From contig JBDHDE010000022.1 of assembly GCA_039591655.1 (NCBI GenBank), positions 1 through 39,640 of the forward strand: DNA of 39,640 nucleotides, in the 5' to 3' direction. A program made the translations under genes and the position numbers. Below the pieces are notes generated by a model that did not search any database, was not told where the DNA came from, and saw nothing but the letters and a program-made list of their open reading frames with translations. Positions 37,435 to 39,640 of the stretch are shown in pieces; position 1 is the first letter of the stretch; each line of letters starts with the position of its first letter. This DNA comes from Gemmatimonadota bacterium (GTDB lineage: Bacteria; Gemmatimonadota; Gemmatimonadetes; Gemmatimonadales; GWC2-71-9).

Positions 37435-38622
37435 ATGCGCATAGCGATCCTCGACCCGGCGGCGGGCATGAGCGGCGATATGACCCTGGGTGCCCTGCTG
37501 GACGCAGGGGTCGAGGCGACGTGGCTCGAGGGCCTCCCGGCCCGGCTGGGGTTCGCCTCTGTCGCCGTGCGGATCAGCCGGGTGGACCGTGGCTCGGTCG
37601 CGGCGACCAAGGTCGACTTCGCGATCGCGGCCCACGACCCGGAGCACGGCAGGCGAGTCGGCGAGCTGATCGAGCTGGTGCGCGGCGCACCGGTCTCCGA
37701 CCACGTGAGGACAACGGCCATCCGCGCCTTCGAGCTGCTCGGGGAGGCGGAGGGGCGGGTGCACGGCGTGGCAGCCGGGGAGGTGCACCTCCACGAGGTC
37801 GGGGCGGTGGACGCCGTGCTCGACATTGTCGGCGCCATCGAGGGCTTCGAGCGGCTCGGCGTCGAGGCGGTGTACAATCTCCCGGTGGCGCTGGGAGACG
37901 GGTGGGTCGAGGCGGCACACGGCCGCCTTCCGGTACCGGCACCGGCCACGGCGTTGCTGCTCGAGGGCTTCGAGGTGCGAACCGGCGGGCCAGTGGTGGG
38001 CGAGGCCACCACCCCTACGGGGGCGGTGTTGCTCAAGGTGCTGTCCCGCGGCGCCCCACCGCCGCGCTGGCGCATGGCGGCCAGCGGCTGGGGGGCGGGC
38101 CAGCGCGATCCGAAAGGGTACCCGGGGGCACTGCGCCTCATGGTCGCCGAAGCCGCCGCAGAGGCAGGGATCGTCGAGGTGATCGCCACCGATATCGACG
38201 ATCTCCAGCCGGAGTACATCGAGCCGCTGCGGGGCGCGGTGTTCGAGGCGGGGGCCGTTGAGTGCTCGGTGTGGCCCACCCAGGGCAAGAAGGGGCGGGT
38301 ATCTCTGCGGGTGGAGGCGCTGGCCCCGCCGGCGGCGGCGGATCGGGTGATCGCCGCGCTATTCGCCCACAGCACGACCGCGGGCGTGCGGCGGTGGCTC
38401 ACCTCGCGCTCCACCCTGCCGCGACGGGAAGTCGTTGTGGAGCTTGAAGATGGCGCGAGGGTACGAGTAAAGGTACGGGACGGGCCGTCTGGTGTGCGCC
38501 TCAAGGCGGAGTACGATGACGTCATGGCCGCGGCAGACACGCTCGGTCGCCCGGCCTTCGAGATCGCCCAGGAGGCGGAGCGGCGCGGCCGGGCCCTACT
38601 GGGACAATCTGTAAGCCGATAG
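37435..38622 (+). CDS. larC: LarC-family nickel insertase (DUF111)
   Basis: GMSGDMTLGALLD, AEGRVHG, VHLHEVGAVD, HGRLPVPAPAT, TPTGA, IDD, KKGR and EYDD motifs; start at ATG 37435. Confidence 0.9.
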   Translation: MRIAILDPAAGMSGDMTLGALLDAGVEATWLEGLPARLGFASVAVRISRVDRGSVAATKVDFAIAAHDPEHGRRVGELIELVRGAPVSDHVRTTAIRAFELLGEAEGRVHGVAAGEVHLHEVGAVDAVLDIVGAIEGFERLGVEAVYNLPVALGDGWVEAAHGRLPVPAPATALLLEGFEVRTGGPVVGEATTPTGAVLLKVLSRGAPPPRWRMAASGWGAGQRDPKGYPGALRLMVAEAAAEAGIVEVIATDIDDLQPEYIEPLRGAVFEAGAVECSVWPTQGKKGRVSLRVEALAPPAAADRVIAALFAHSTTAGVRRWLTSRSTLPRREVVVELEDGARVRVKVRDGPSGVRLKAEYDDVMAAADTLGRPAFEIAQEAERRGRALLGQSVSR

Positions 38623-38640
38623 GACCAAAGGAGTTACGGC

Positions 38641-39640
38641 ATGAAGAATCTGTGGGTGGCGGCGGGGATCGCCGCTGGGGTGGCTCTCGGCGCCGGTGCC
38701 CAGCCGGCCCAGGCGCAGTATCAGGAGCCCAGGTGCGATCTCTCAACGGGACACTTCCTCGTGAACAGCGGGGTGGTGTACATCAAGGGCGCGGCCGAGG
38801 AGTCGGATCCCGTCAAGAAGGACCGGCTGCTGCGGGATGCCAGGCGGAACCTGCTGCAGGCCATCGATCGCGGGCAGGCCGACAATCCTGCGGTGTGGTA
38901 CTTCCTGGGACGCTACTACGCCATGGCGCGCGATGCCGTCGGCGCCGACTCGGCCTTCGACAGAGCGGAGCGGATGCAGCCCGACTGCACGGAGGACATC
39001 GTCCTCTACCGCCGCAACATGTGGGTGCCGCTGGTCAACATCGCTCTCGATTCGGTACAGGCCGGCTCGGCCGACGCGGCGAGGGCGCTGCTGCGGCAGG
39101 CGAACGCCGTGTACCAGGGCGACATCATCTCCTTCTACTACATGGGGAGCCTGTACGGCGAGGAGGGGGAACTGGACAGCGCGCTCCACTACTTCAAGCA
39201 GGTGGCCGCCATGGGCACCGACAACGAAGACCGGATGGAGAGCTACTTCGTAGCGGTGTTCAACGCGGGGCTGATCCACGGCATGCTGGAGCAGTGGGAC
39301 TCCGCCACGGTGTACTATCAGAAGTACCGCGAGCTCAATCCCGCCGACCCCGACGGCCTCGATCCCGACCGGGCCCTGGCGCTGTACGACAGCATTCTGG
39401 CCAACGCCGCGGAGATGGACGCGATCCAGCTGTTCCAAGCAGGCGAGAAGCTGTTCGTAGTCGAGCGCTTCGAGGTCGCGGCCCGCGCCTTCGAGGCCGG
39501 GCTCGAGAAGAACCCGTACTTCCGTACGGCGCTCTACAACGTGGCCAACTGCTACCTCGCCATCGCCGAGGACGACAGCCTCTCGGAGGAGGAGCAGCAC
39601 CAGGCAGCCGAGGCCATGGAGGGCGCCGCACAGCGCCTCG
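38641..39640 (+). CDS. Exported tetratricopeptide-repeat protein, partial (runs off the window; absent from the ORF track)
   Basis: RBS GGAG; signal peptide MKNLWVAAGIAAGVALGAGAQPAQA; TPR-like motifs (WYFLGRYY, FYYMGSLY...ALHYFKQ, NPYFRTALYNVANCY); frame open to the window end. Confidence 0.85.
   Translation, partial: MKNLWVAAGIAAGVALGAGAQPAQAQYQEPRCDLSTGHFLVNSGVVYIKGAAEESDPVKKDRLLRDARRNLLQAIDRGQADNPAVWYFLGRYYAMARDAVGADSAFDRAERMQPDCTEDIVLYRRNMWVPLVNIALDSVQAGSADAARALLRQANAVYQGDIISFYYMGSLYGEEGELDSALHYFKQVAAMGTDNEDRMESYFVAVFNAGLIHGMLEQWDSATVYYQKYRELNPADPDGLDPDRALALYDSILANAAEMDAIQLFQAGEKLFVVERFEVAARAFEAGLEKNPYFRTALYNVANCYLAIAEDDSLSEEEQHQAAEAMEGAAQRL

Noticed and set aside
38743..39600. 285-aa minus-strand ORF
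   Set aside because: It is the antisense shadow of the + strand TPR gene, which has an RBS, a signal peptide and TPR motifs.

Overview
A GC-rich bacterial window. Gene content and order suggest Gemmatimonadota, but this is an inference. It has two parts. (1) 1-5670 is an accessory energy and regulatory block. It contains the end of a sensor histidine kinase that appears internally deleted and frameshifted into a single-domain receiver, a group 3c (MvhGA-like) [NiFe]-hydrogenase, a maturation protease, a stand-alone BTAD/SARP regulator, and a MarR regulator with a C-terminal four-Cys tail. (2) 5857-39640 is all on the + strand and mostly core genes, many translationally coupled. In order: era, Trm112, a PorV-like barrel, a hypothetical gene, a REC-GGDDF gene, a zinc-ribbon/RomX-like gene, prfB (+1 programmed frameshift), lysS, lolC/E, lolD, mcsA-mcsB-clpC, bamA-skp-lpxD-lpxC/fabZ-lpxA-lpxB-DUF374-lpxK, gdhA, rlmH, a SAM methyltransferase, bshC, a small membrane protein, murJ, uvrC, a threonine synthase-like gene, larC and a partial TPR protein. 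No rRNA, tRNA, CRISPR array or IS element was recognised. The best leads are the four-Cys MarR and regulator-rich hydrogenase locus, the GGDDF plus zinc-ribbon/RomX-like pair, the methyltransferase-bshC pair (possible N-methyl-bacillithiol), and repeated leaderless-type promoters. All calls come from motif reading and recall; no database searches were run.
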